Positions 55,130 to 64,000 of a stretch of DNA of 64,000 bases are shown in pieces. How positions within the stretch are numbered: position 1 is the stretch's first letter; the number at the start of each line of letters is the position of its first letter. The notes below the pieces were generated by a model, which did no database searches, was not told where the DNA came from, and saw only the letters and a program-made list of their open reading frames with translations. Origin of the DNA: a virus (lineage: Duplodnaviria > Heunggongvirae > Uroviricota > Caudoviricetes); the IMG/VR virus record IMGVR_UViG_3300027861_000012, positions 32,380 through 96,379 of that record. The stretch is one strand, 5' to 3'. The translations under genes were made by a program, and so were the position numbers.

Positions 55130-57475
55130 TTATGCGAAGATCACTTGACCGGTGCTGTCTTCTAGTACGCCCAAGTTGCCTCTAAAATCAATGATCGGAC
55201 TGTTGGTAGTGGTGTCAACAGTGAGGTTTCCAGTACCATAGCAGCGGAATATCACATTGCCAGTGTAGATATGTGTGCCAGAGTCATAACGGATTCCCCG
55301 GTCATCGGCACCAATAGCACGAATCCTCATTTCAGCACAAGCAATGGTACCAGGTGCAAAGGTATTGGTCCAAGCAAGGGGCTCAGAAATGTATCCGATA
55401 GCTGTGTCCCAAGTTCCGTCCAGTGTCGTGATACTAGATGCATGGACATTCATGTAACCCGAGCCGGTTACGGTGCCGCCCACATTCAAATCCAAAGTAC
55501 CAACAAGAATTGCAAATCCGTTGTTGCTGGTAAGCGTACCATCAATAGTTACGGTACCAGCATTCGCCCCAAACCACCCTGTGGTGACTGGGATCGTATA
55601 TGATCCAGTGATCCACAGATTTCTGCAATACGCATCAACGGTAGCATCCAGAGTCTTGCCAGAGCCAGTCAGTTTCAGTACCGATGTTTCAGGGGCGATA
55701 GTTCCGCAGCCAACCCAATTGACGTTACCGCTGCATTCCCAAGTGCCTGAGCCCATGGTGAGCGTGTCACCCAGATTGGTGAGCGTGAAGTCTCCGTTGA
55801 TGGTCACATTGTAACCGTTGGCATCGAAATTCCCGTCTTGAATATCAAGACTGGCACAACAAAGATTTGCGGTCAAGGTCAGTGTACCACCAGACTTGTT
55901 GACAACTACGTTTCCAATACAGTCGCTAAAACCAATATCCTGATCGTCGCTTCCGCTAAAGGTGATGGTATCACTTGCACCTGGCGTCCAATACACTACC
56001 CCGGTTGAGTCATTGACTTCTGAATAGTCTCCAGTGAAAATGATGGTCGGGTTGTTGGTGCAATCAAAATAGAGATCATCCGCGCCCTGGGTTGTGGCGA
56101 CGATGTCCCCAAACGTGAAGGTGCCTGCTGCAAACTTCAGTGTCGAGTCACCGGCCCAGGTGGTGCGGTCCCTGATATAGAGAATACCAGTGAGTCCAGA
56201 GTAGTCGCCTGGATCAAAAACTGAAGTGGCTTCCGGGTCATCAATGTAGAGATTGGCACAAGTGAGCGTCCCATCGTTTCCTACAATGCCATGGGCGGCG
56301 TACATCCCGTACATGGAAATCTGCCCAAGGCCCGTTACAGTACCATTGATGTCAAGGTCAGCATTGAAGTATCCGGTGAAGGACAGCCCACTGCCGAGAG
56401 ACAGACTACCGTCTACCGTGGCATCACCATCATACTGAAGGTGACCTGTATCCATGGTGTATGAACCTGTGATCCAGACATTCTCGAAGTAGTTTCCAGA
56501 ACCCGTGGTGGGCCGCGAGAGAGTCTTGGTGGCTCCTGTGAGCTTCAGTGTGCTGGTCTCTGCTGTGTGTGCATCGAGTTCCTGGTCATCAAAGTCGCCA
56601 GAGACATCCCACGTTTGATTCCCGAACAGAACTGAGTTGTTGGCCAGCAGTGTGTCTCCCCGCAGGGTGAGCCCATAGGTGTCAGCATCGAAGGTTCCTT
56701 GGTAGACCTTGAGGCCAGCACAGTTGATACTGGCTGTCAACGTGGCTGTGTAAGCGGTTCCATCGCTGGTGCCATTGTTGGTTACAGCAAAGGTGTCACC
56801 AACTACTGAGTAGTCGCCACGCTTCATCGGGCAACACCACTTCTGGTTCCCTGTATCCACGACTCGGGCATCAATACCGCCAGCAAGAGCAACCCTGTCC
56901 GCTTTGGCTAGGGCTGAATCCCATTTGGCCCAGTTACTCATCTCACCTTCATACCAGTAGATGTCCAGAGCCGTTCGGACTCCAGCATACATGGCACCGG
57001 CCCCGTTCACGGCATCAACATTGCCGATTGGTGTTGATCCAGTTTCACGCCCGTCTACATACAACTTGAGTGAAGTACCAGTTCGTACAAATAGGATGTG
57101 TTGCCACGCACCAAATACGAAGTCGCCCAAATCGGTATTGATGTTGTCCGTACCATCATTCCAGTATGCCCAGATTTTCAGCGTGCTCATATTGAGGTAT
57201 GGAAGAATACTGGGATGCGTTGGATAGTTCCAACTGAAGAGAATTGCGGCTGCTTCACCGTTATCTACCGGTTTGATCCAACCACCAAAGCTCCAATCAG
57301 CATCCGGGAATGTCAGGTCCGCGTGATCCGCGAATGACACATAATCACTGAGCCCGTTGAAGGACCAGCCTTCACGGAGATTCACACTCACCGGATCTGT
57401 TTCCAGCGACCCGTGATCAATGCTTTTGTTTTCTGCGCCTGTAATCCAAATCGACATGGTTATTCCTCCACCCAA
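55130..57475 (-). CDS. large fibre-like protein (781 aa) with N-terminal LamG-like domain and beta-helix-like repeats
   Basis: WSFGGWIKPVDNGEAAAILFSW...LKLYVDG is the LamG/pentraxin pattern. The rest is T/G/N/D-rich repeats similar to its neighbours. Confidence 0.75.
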   Translation of the reverse strand: MGGGITMSIWITGAENKSIDHGSLETDPVSVNLREGWSFNGLSDYVSFADHADLTFPDADWSFGGWIKPVDNGEAAAILFSWNYPTHPSILPYLNMSTLKIWAYWNDGTDNINTDLGDFVFGAWQHILFVRTGTSLKLYVDGRETGSTPIGNVDAVNGAGAMYAGVRTALDIYWYEGEMSNWAKWDSALAKADRVALAGGIDARVVDTGNQKWCCPMKRGDYSVVGDTFAVTNNGTSDGTAYTATLTASINCAGLKVYQGTFDADTYGLTLRGDTLLANNSVLFGNQTWDVSGDFDDQELDAHTAETSTLKLTGATKTLSRPTTGSGNYFENVWITGSYTMDTGHLQYDGDATVDGSLSLGSGLSFTGYFNADLDINGTVTGLGQISMYGMYAAHGIVGNDGTLTCANLYIDDPEATSVFDPGDYSGLTGILYIRDRTTWAGDSTLKFAAGTFTFGDIVATTQGADDLYFDCTNNPTIIFTGDYSEVNDSTGVVYWTPGASDTITFSGSDDQDIGFSDCIGNVVVNKSGGTLTLTANLCCASLDIQDGNFDANGYNVTINGDFTLTNLGDTLTMGSGTWECSGNVNWVGCGTIAPETSVLKLTGSGKTLDATVDAYCRNLWITGSYTIPVTTGWFGANAGTVTIDGTLTSNNGFAILVGTLDLNVGGTVTGSGYMNVHASSITTLDGTWDTAIGYISEPLAWTNTFAPGTIACAEMRIRAIGADDRGIRYDSGTHIYTGNVIFRCYGTGNLTVDTTTNSPIIDFRGNLGVLEDSTGQVIFA

Positions 57476-60400
57476 GAGACGACACCGCCGCCGGTTTCGT
57501 TAATGCTGATACCGCCGTCAGGCAAAATGATCCGTGCCCCGTTGGTATTATCGATGGCCATATCCCAACCGTTTAACGCACGAAGTTGGACACCCGTAGC
57601 TCCATCAAAGACATAGGTATCATCTGAGAACTTGAATGTGCAATCATATGAGTTACTGGAACGAATTTGTACCCCAACAGCATTATAGATACCACCAACC
57701 ATTACACCTGTGGACAGCCATTTTTCCAGGATTATCCAGAGACAATCAACTACTCCATCCATGACATCAATACCGGCCCCTTCACTGGCGTCTCTGACCC
57801 ACAATTGCCCAGCCGCTCCGGTAACATACCCCGTGGTGTTGACTCTCAGCTTACCAGTGGTATATGCAAATAACTGTAGGGAGCATCCAGATCCCATTGA
57901 GACGGTTCCATCCACGGTCAAGATACCATTATGGACATGGCCACCTTTGGTATTGTCATCAATTGTGACCGAACATCCCGAAGCAAACCACAGCGAGTAT
58001 ACACCGCTTGCGTACATCATGTTCAGTGTGACGCCAGTACCAGTCATCTTCAGCGTAGCAGTCTCGCGGCCAGCCCCGATAGCCAAATCCTTGCTGTCCC
58101 ATGAGCCGTTGACTTCCCATGTGTTTCCATCACCCATGAGAATTGAGTCATTGTCCAGATTGACGTTACCAGAGACAGTGACGTTGTAGTCATTGGCATC
58201 CCAGTCCCCATCATTGAGGGCTAAGCTCTCACATGACAGAGCAGCCGTAAGGGTGACTTTACCAGCACCCTTATTCATGATGATGTCTTCTACTGAGTTC
58301 CCGTCAAATGCAACCTGCTGATCCGCAGTGGTGCCCGAGAAGGTGATGGTGCCAGAGCCGGTGGTCCACGATGTGGAACCAGCCCCGGTCTTGTTCACGT
58401 TGCCTTGGAAGACCAAGGATGGATTGTTCGTTGAGTTCTTGAAATGAGCAGTATCACCACCGTCAAGGGCAACAAGGCTAACATTTCCGGTGAAGGTCGT
58501 GGTTGTGGCAGCAAAATTGAATTCGCCACCCGTTACTTGTGATCCGATATAAGTTAGTGCGCTATCGTATTGAGCAGCCACCATTGGTACGATACCTGCT
58601 GTCCCTACTGTGACATAGACAAACAAGGTTGCAATGTCAATAGTGCCTGACATCCCAGTAATACCTTCACCAATGCCACCAGCATAGACCACCATGGTCC
58701 CGGTTCCAGTGATTGTACCAGAAACATCAACGACACCACGGGTAGCCAGTATCGACCCGGTATTCACGGTAAGGGTGGCATCAACATCTAGCCCTTCACA
58801 TGCTCCGGAGGCGCTTGCAACTATGGTGGTATTGGCCGCGATCCAGATGTCACAGAAGGTATCTGTCGTTTGCAGGGACAGGGTCTTTCCGGCCGTGACC
58901 ATCTTGATCGTCGCGGTACCCTTAGTGATGGTGGTCACATTGATGAAGTCAGCGTAACCGCCGAACTGCCAGGTTCCGGTTCCGAAATCAACTTCGCCGC
59001 CATCAAAGTCACAATCTCCCGATGAGGTAAAGTTGTAGGTTGCTCCGTCGATCTTCCCGGTGAAGCCAGCCTGCATATCGGCACCAGCCACGCTCCAATG
59101 GAGATCGAGTGTGCAGGTGTCCGTAACACTGCCATCCCAGATTGGTGTGTCAAGCAGACCTGGCACACCAGCGTTGTCTACCACACCACTTTCGGAACCC
59201 CAGTTACGATAATCATTCACGAGACCAGTGGATGCACCGTTGGTCCAGTAGAGGCCATCGAAAGCCCAATTGATGTTATTGCCTTCGTTAATCGAATTCG
59301 TACTGTGGATAGTCACACCGCCCGATGCATCGGAGTTCTTGACCGTGACATGTTGCACGATGGTTGTCGGATCGGTGACATTGAGATACCACGTCGCTGT
59401 GGCACCCAGATCAAGCTTGTCTCCGGAAGCCCCATACAGACGCAGTTGGCCACCAACGGTGATGGTACAACCATTGAGGCCAGCCACAGTGAGCGCCCCG
59501 CCGTTACTAACCTGGAAATATCCCAGTGTTTGCAGAGTCTTTCCGTTGATGTTCAGGGTAGTACCCGCTTGAACTAGCAGAGCATCTGTTTTGATGTTGC
59601 TATTGAGGGTCACCGTGCTACCGCTCGTAATGTAAATGTCTTCAACAGTCTGTGTTGGAATGTCTTCCATACTGAAGGTTTGAGATCCACCTGACGCGAG
59701 AGTAATGAAACCAGTTCCCTTAGTCCAGGTGAGTGTTCCACCATCAACCCATAAAGCTATGAAGTTGTGGTGCAAGATGAATGACGGGTTGTTGATGGCA
59801 TTGTTCATGAGTGTTGTGTAGCCATCATAGGACTGGAAATACACGGGACCAGTAATGGTATAGGTCTCATTGTTCAACCTGATCTCAGCATCGGCACCTT
59901 GGCCAAAGAGGTATACGATGCAGTCCCAGGTACCACCCACGAACACACCAGTGCTGTATGATTCACGAATGAAGAACGTAGTCGGTGACAGCGTTCCATC
60001 GAGAACTGTGAGGCCACCACCATTTTGACTTCGATAACAGGTAAGACCAGTGGTTCCGTTGATTGTACCACCAGTATTGATCTGGACCTTGGAATCCCAC
60101 CAAGCCCATAGACCCGTAGTATTACCGGCTGTCAGGGTACCATCAACGATGAGATCACCGTCTTGAACACCAATGTTGGTTCCACCAACGGTTGTGTATG
60201 AGCCTGTGACCCACAGGCTGTAGACACGACCACCCATGCTGAGATTCTTGCTGGTTCCAGTAAGCTTGGTTTGGCTTGTCCCGCGCGTGTAAGCAGGGAC
60301 ATCCTCCCAGTCACAGTGTCCACCGATGATGATGTTCCCAGAACCCCAATTGATGTCAGCATTGTCGGCTGTGAAGTCACCCGTGCATGTGATGTCGGCA

Positions 60401-63400
60401 TCACCGAAGTCCCAGTAGCCGGTGACCAGCATGAGATATTCAGTAGTGAAGGTACCAGTGATCGAAGCCACATTGGTGCCCGACTTGGCCATCACGATCT
60501 CTTCCATACTAAAGGAATCAAAATCGAGAACTTGTGTGTTACCGCCAGCGATGCCAATTGTCCCGGAACCCTTTGTCCATGTGGGTACACCAGTGCTACC
60601 GATGGCCTGTTCAAAGTCACCCTGGAAATTGATGTCAGGACTATTGGAGTTATCCCAATGCATATCACCAGTGCTGTCGGTCTTCATCGTGACCTTCTTC
60701 TGGAAGGTATAGGTTCCCGCACTAGGCTTAAATTCCTGGAGAGAAGCCGTATGGTTGCATATTCGCACATCTGCGGGATATATACCAGCGACAAAGACGG
60801 CTGTGTTGGTTGGAACGAGTATGTAGATTTCTGTTTGTGTCACTGACCCGTCAAGAGCCAGAAGACCACCACCTGATTGGGTGTCATAGAAATACAAACG
60901 ACCTATGCCATCAATCACTGAGCCAGAGTTGATGTACATCTTGCAAGCCTGCCAGGCTGCGAAGTAATTCTCATTATGGATCGTACCATCAATATCAATG
61001 CGGTTGGTTACACGCACAGCAGTGGGCATCGTGATCTCTGCTGTGTCATGCACGTATAATCGGTACAGGTACTGATTAGTGGTCATCGCCATAGACCCAG
61101 TTCCATACAGGTTTAGGGTTGCTGTTTCGTAGGTTTGCGTGCCATCTTCGACATCCCAACCACCATACACGTTCCAAGTGGCCGTCGCACCCATCTCAAG
61201 AGTACCGTCGTCCATGATCAAACCAAGTTCTGTTGTCGAGTCACCAATTGTGATTGTTTTGTCGGCTGCACTAACTGTAACGACCCCGGTGAATCCAGAA
61301 TGTAGATTCCAGCTACGTGCCGAAACATCGATATTGATGCGACATGTACCGGTACCGTTGGAATCGAAATGCACGTCATCATCAATTGTCGGAACTGGCG
61401 CGATACCAGGACCGCCGCTTGAATATGCCCAAGCATCCGTATTTCCCCAGTATGCCGTGGTGCTTTTGATCCAATATCGTTGCCCGTGGTCAGCGATCTG
61501 ATTCACTGCCAACAGGTTCTCTGCTGCCAGATTCAAGACAAAGTTTTTGTCGCTGCTGCTTGAGGCGGTCAATGTGTTGGATGCTGACAGGGTCACTACA
61601 ATGTTTCGGTCTCCATCGCCACTGAGGTCCCCAGTGTTGGAGGCATACCGATCAAAGATGGCATCAAAGGTAGCAACTTGTGCTGGCACCAATGTACTGA
61701 CCCCATCACGCCGTAGACTGAATCCCAAGTTCAGACTGTGATCAGGATCAAACGAGTTGCTAGCACTCAACGGCAGGACTTGTGTTTCTTCAGCCACTGA
61801 AGTCAGTGTCAGTGTGCTTGTGATTGATTTCCCGAGGACCATATTCAGACTTACATCGTCTGAAATGGTCAAGGTGTCTGAAGCACTGCGCACTGCAATT
61901 TGATCAAAGGTACTGCTGTCTGATATTGTCAAGGTATCAGAGACCGGCTTTGTGACTACAATGAGGCGATCCAGATCATGCAAGGCTGCGATGGCACTCA
62001 CTACATTTAGGTTGAGTATCGCAGTTCGGGTGGCGCTATCGCTCATAGCCAATTCGTTGGTGAGTGAGCGGACACGTACCATTGCAGCGGTCGCTTCGTC
62101 AGAAATCGTTAATGTACCTGAGCCACTTTCGACAGTGGATCGTAGCAACCCAATTTCATGTGACAGATCAATAGCGCTGCTGGCAGATCGGAACCACACT
62201 TGTACTCGCCAATGAACATCAAGACCACGAATACCGTCAGCCAAGAGATCTGTATAGATGGCTGTGTTATTGGAGCCATCATCATCAACGGCATACACTT
62301 CATTGCTGGTCGTATAGTACAACTTGTTATTGACAGGGTTGTAGGTCATGTCATAGACAGTCTCACCAACTGTGAGAATCGCTGTGTTCCCTGTCCCTGC
62401 GGTAGTGACCTGGTAGATTTTGTCATCACTGTGATCGAAATAGTACAGGTGGCCGTCATTGAAATCAATGGTGATGCGACCGAGGGTTCCGAGGCTGGAT
62501 ACCACAGTGGATCGGTTACTACCATCCAGGTCACACTTCTGGATGGAACTGGTTCCTTGACAGGCCATGTACAGCTTGCCATTGACTTCATCAACCACAA
62601 GACCCTTGACATCATCGACTTCAGCATCAGTGAAGAGTTGATTGATGTTGCTACCATCCTGGTCTGCAATATAGACCCCATCATTGATCTCGGCAAAGTA
62701 CACCTTGTCGGGGCCAACAGCCACACTCTGTGGGTTTGTGAGCCCGGTGATGATCGTGTCTACTGTCCCGGAGCCATCAATGTTGGCGCGGTCGATTCCA
62801 CCGGAAATTGGTTCGGTGAAATAGATTTTCTCGGAACTCAGATCCAGCCGCACATCTTGACCCTCACTGATGCCACTGGTCCACACATCCTCTACATTGG
62901 AGCCGTCAAGGCCCATCTTGAACATCTTGTCGTTGGTGTCGTCAAACACATAGACCTTCTGGAATACGAACGGCACCAAACTGAAGATAGCCTCATCCCC
63001 CATAGTAAGGGTATCATCCGGGTTCCTCAGCACTGAGTCCCAAGCACGGCTTTGCCAGGTGAGTGTGCTACTTGCCGCTCGGGTGATGGTCCGATTGAAT
63101 GATGCTGATTGAGACAAGTCCAGTGTGTTGGTCAACCCTTCATTCCTGGCACTCAGGAGGCCCACAGAGGCCGAGAGATCAATTTCATGGCTGCCAGCCC
63201 GTGGATAGACGGTTGTCACAGTTGCAGCGTCTGATGGGCTCACAGAGCCTGTAGCGGCCAGCCCAAGGGTAGCAATCTCAGATGCGACACTGGTGGGGAC
63301 CAGTGTGCTGGTGGCCGACCGGTCGGCCACGAAAGTACGGGTTGCTGTACTACCCATTATGAGGGAGTCAGCCATAGCCTTATTGAGGGAATACCCAGTA

Positions 63401-63993
63401 TTAGCGGTATGGTCCAACCCAGTCAGGGTATTAGCCCCACTAACGGGGTATACCACATCATAATCGGCGGCATCTGACACGGTGGCTGTGTCATCCGGGA
63501 ACAGACCAAAGATGGATTGCGTAAACGCAGCGGTACCCACCAAAGTCAACGATGAGGTAAGCGGCTTACCAAGGATGAACAGCAGACTGAGATCGTCGCT
63601 CAAATCCATGGCGGAAGCAGCAGCAAAGTGCAGAGAGAATCCAAGATTCAGTGAGTCACTCAATGTCATTGAGTCCGACCCGGCCCGTGGGAACACTGTG
63701 GCTTCGGCAACCGAATCAGAAAGGTCCAAATCCTGGCTATCCGATTCGTCACGAACTCGATTTTGAGCAGCAACACTGCTGAAGACTAAGGTACTTGTGA
63801 AGGGGAAATTCAATACCGAAGTCTCAGCAGCCTGCTGGCTCACTATGAGACTGTCTGTCGCCGCTCTGGGGCGCACGGATTCCATCGCAACTTCCTGAGC
63901 GGCAGACAGTACAGTCGTCCCTCCTCTGAGTGCCTCAATGAGATAAGGCACTGCCTCGGTGAAGATCAGAGTGCTGGTCACATCGCGTTGCAA
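57460..63993 (-). CDS. giant fibre/adhesin-like protein (at least 2177 aa; start may lie beyond the window end) with central YWTD-type beta-propeller and beta-helix-like repeats
   Basis: Repeats KVYFAEINDGVYIADQDGSN, GKLYMACQGTSSIQKCDLDGSN, GHLYYFDHSDDKIYQVTTAG and NKLYYTTSNEVYAVDDDGSN fit a six-bladed propeller. The N-terminal region has Ser/Thr/Leu-rich tandem repeats. Confidence 0.75.
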   Translation of the reverse strand: MQRDVTSTLIFTEAVPYLIEALRGGTTVLSAAQEVAMESVRPRAATDSLIVSQQAAETSVLNFPFTSTLVFSSVAAQNRVRDESDSQDLDLSDSVAEATVFPRAGSDSMTLSDSLNLGFSLHFAAASAMDLSDDLSLLFILGKPLTSSLTLVGTAAFTQSIFGLFPDDTATVSDAADYDVVYPVSGANTLTGLDHTANTGYSLNKAMADSLIMGSTATRTFVADRSATSTLVPTSVASEIATLGLAATGSVSPSDAATVTTVYPRAGSHEIDLSASVGLLSARNEGLTNTLDLSQSASFNRTITRAASSTLTWQSRAWDSVLRNPDDTLTMGDEAIFSLVPFVFQKVYVFDDTNDKMFKMGLDGSNVEDVWTSGISEGQDVRLDLSSEKIYFTEPISGGIDRANIDGSGTVDTIITGLTNPQSVAVGPDKVYFAEINDGVYIADQDGSNINQLFTDAEVDDVKGLVVDEVNGKLYMACQGTSSIQKCDLDGSNRSTVVSSLGTLGRITIDFNDGHLYYFDHSDDKIYQVTTAGTGNTAILTVGETVYDMTYNPVNNKLYYTTSNEVYAVDDDGSNNTAIYTDLLADGIRGLDVHWRVQVWFRSASSAIDLSHEIGLLRSTVESGSGTLTISDEATAAMVRVRSLTNELAMSDSATRTAILNLNVVSAIAALHDLDRLIVVTKPVSDTLTISDSSTFDQIAVRSASDTLTISDDVSLNMVLGKSITSTLTLTSVAEETQVLPLSASNSFDPDHSLNLGFSLRRDGVSTLVPAQVATFDAIFDRYASNTGDLSGDGDRNIVVTLSASNTLTASSSSDKNFVLNLAAENLLAVNQIADHGQRYWIKSTTAYWGNTDAWAYSSGGPGIAPVPTIDDDVHFDSNGTGTCRINIDVSARSWNLHSGFTGVVTVSAADKTITIGDSTTELGLIMDDGTLEMGATATWNVYGGWDVEDGTQTYETATLNLYGTGSMAMTTNQYLYRLYVHDTAEITMPTAVRVTNRIDIDGTIHNENYFAAWQACKMYINSGSVIDGIGRLYFYDTQSGGGLLALDGSVTQTEIYILVPTNTAVFVAGIYPADVRICNHTASLQEFKPSAGTYTFQKKVTMKTDSTGDMHWDNSNSPDINFQGDFEQAIGSTGVPTWTKGSGTIGIAGGNTQVLDFDSFSMEEIVMAKSGTNVASITGTFTTEYLMLVTGYWDFGDADITCTGDFTADNADINWGSGNIIIGGHCDWEDVPAYTRGTSQTKLTGTSKNLSMGGRVYSLWVTGSYTTVGGTNIGVQDGDLIVDGTLTAGNTTGLWAWWDSKVQINTGGTINGTTGLTCYRSQNGGGLTVLDGTLSPTTFFIRESYSTGVFVGGTWDCIVYLFGQGADAEIRLNNETYTITGPVYFQSYDGYTTLMNNAINNPSFILHHNFIALWVDGGTLTWTKGTGFITLASGGSQTFSMEDIPTQTVEDIYITSGSTVTLNSNIKTDALLVQAGTTLNINGKTLQTLGYFQVSNGGALTVAGLNGCTITVGGQLRLYGASGDKLDLGATATWYLNVTDPTTIVQHVTVKNSDASGGVTIHSTNSINEGNNINWAFDGLYWTNGASTGLVNDYRNWGSESGVVDNAGVPGLLDTPIWDGSVTDTCTLDLHWSVAGADMQAGFTGKIDGATYNFTSSGDCDFDGGEVDFGTGTWQFGGYADFINVTTITKGTATIKMVTAGKTLSLQTTDTFCDIWIAANTTIVASASGACEGLDVDATLTVNTGSILATRGVVDVSGTITGTGTMVVYAGGIGEGITGMSGTIDIATLFVYVTVGTAGIVPMVAAQYDSALTYIGSQVTGGEFNFAATTTTFTGNVSLVALDGGDTAHFKNSTNNPSLVFQGNVNKTGAGSTSWTTGSGTITFSGTTADQQVAFDGNSVEDIIMNKGAGKVTLTAALSCESLALNDGDWDANDYNVTVSGNVNLDNDSILMGDGNTWEVNGSWDSKDLAIGAGRETATLKMTGTGVTLNMMYASGVYSLWFASGCSVTIDDNTKGGHVHNGILTVDGTVSMGSGCSLQLFAYTTGKLRVNTTGYVTGAAGQLWVRDASEGAGIDVMDGVVDCLWIILEKWLSTGVMVGGIYNAVGVQIRSSNSYDCTFKFSDDTYVFDGATGVQLRALNGWDMAIDNTNGARIILPDGGISINETGGGVVSWVEE

Positions 63994-64000
63994 TGAATAA

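Noticed and set aside
62200-63036. 278-aa plus-strand ORF, and many other plus-strand ORFs between 48 and 64 kb
   Set aside because: They lie antisense inside the giant minus-strand genes. They have low-complexity V/I/D/G-rich translations mirroring the T/N/G-rich sense codons, and no ribosome-binding sites.
1-64000. Integrase, terminase, portal and major capsid genes, and prophage att sites
   Set aside because: They were looked for but nothing in the window matches these families by motif. They presumably lie outside this 64-kb segment.

Overview
This 64-kb window reads as part of a large dsDNA virus or bacteriophage genome, not a cellular chromosome. The evidence is dense, mostly minus-strand coding with short overlaps, GGAGG-type ribosome-binding sites, interspersed tRNA genes, and no housekeeping operons. 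No capsid, portal, terminase or integrase genes are recognisable in the window. Five functional blocks are visible. (1) 1-9.4 kb: an RNA-repair set of T4-Pnk-like kinase, HTH-metallophosphoesterase and an Rnl2-type RNA ligase carrying a tRNA-binding OB domain. It is interleaved with two sulfotransferase-like genes, two paralogous GT41 (OGT/HMW1C-like) glycosyltransferases and a sugar-type C-methyltransferase. (2) 9.4-21 kb: nucleotide metabolism and DNA transactions, namely a MazG-like protein, class II RNR (NrdJ), ThyX, a secreted M28 peptidase, a metallophosphoesterase, a SNF2 ATPase, and a Nudix + NDT/DNPH1-like + DeoC trio. (3) 21.5-31.5 kb: a Ro60/TROVE-vWA protein (Rsr) with an intrinsic terminator, a stand-alone primase C-terminal NTPase paralogue, an array of tRNA and degenerate tRNA-like elements sharing a ~25-nt repeat, tRNA-Glu, tRNA-Met plus an anticodon-arm-less tRNA-like element, and many small ORFs. 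(4) 31.5-42 kb: an SPFH protein, dCMP deaminase, a ParB-like protein, and an iteron-rich putative origin. This is followed by a plus-strand replication cassette of prim-pol/SF3-type helicase, dNMP-kinase-like protein, mini ABC ATPase, HNH nuclease and DnaQ-like exonuclease. (5) 42-64 kb: structural or adhesin genes on the minus strand, including three tandem giant proteins of 2408, 781 and 2177 aa. These combine Thr/Gly/Asn-rich beta-helix-like repeats, LamG-like lectin domains and YWTD/NHL-like beta-propellers. The most notable candidate systems are a possible virus-encoded glycosylation pathway targeting the sequon-rich fibres (GT41 pair, with a C-methyltransferase and sulfotransferase-like genes nearby), the Ro60 gene co-occurring with anticodon-less tRNA mimics, and the split RNA-repair cassette. 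All assignments rest on motif recognition by eye. No database search was run.
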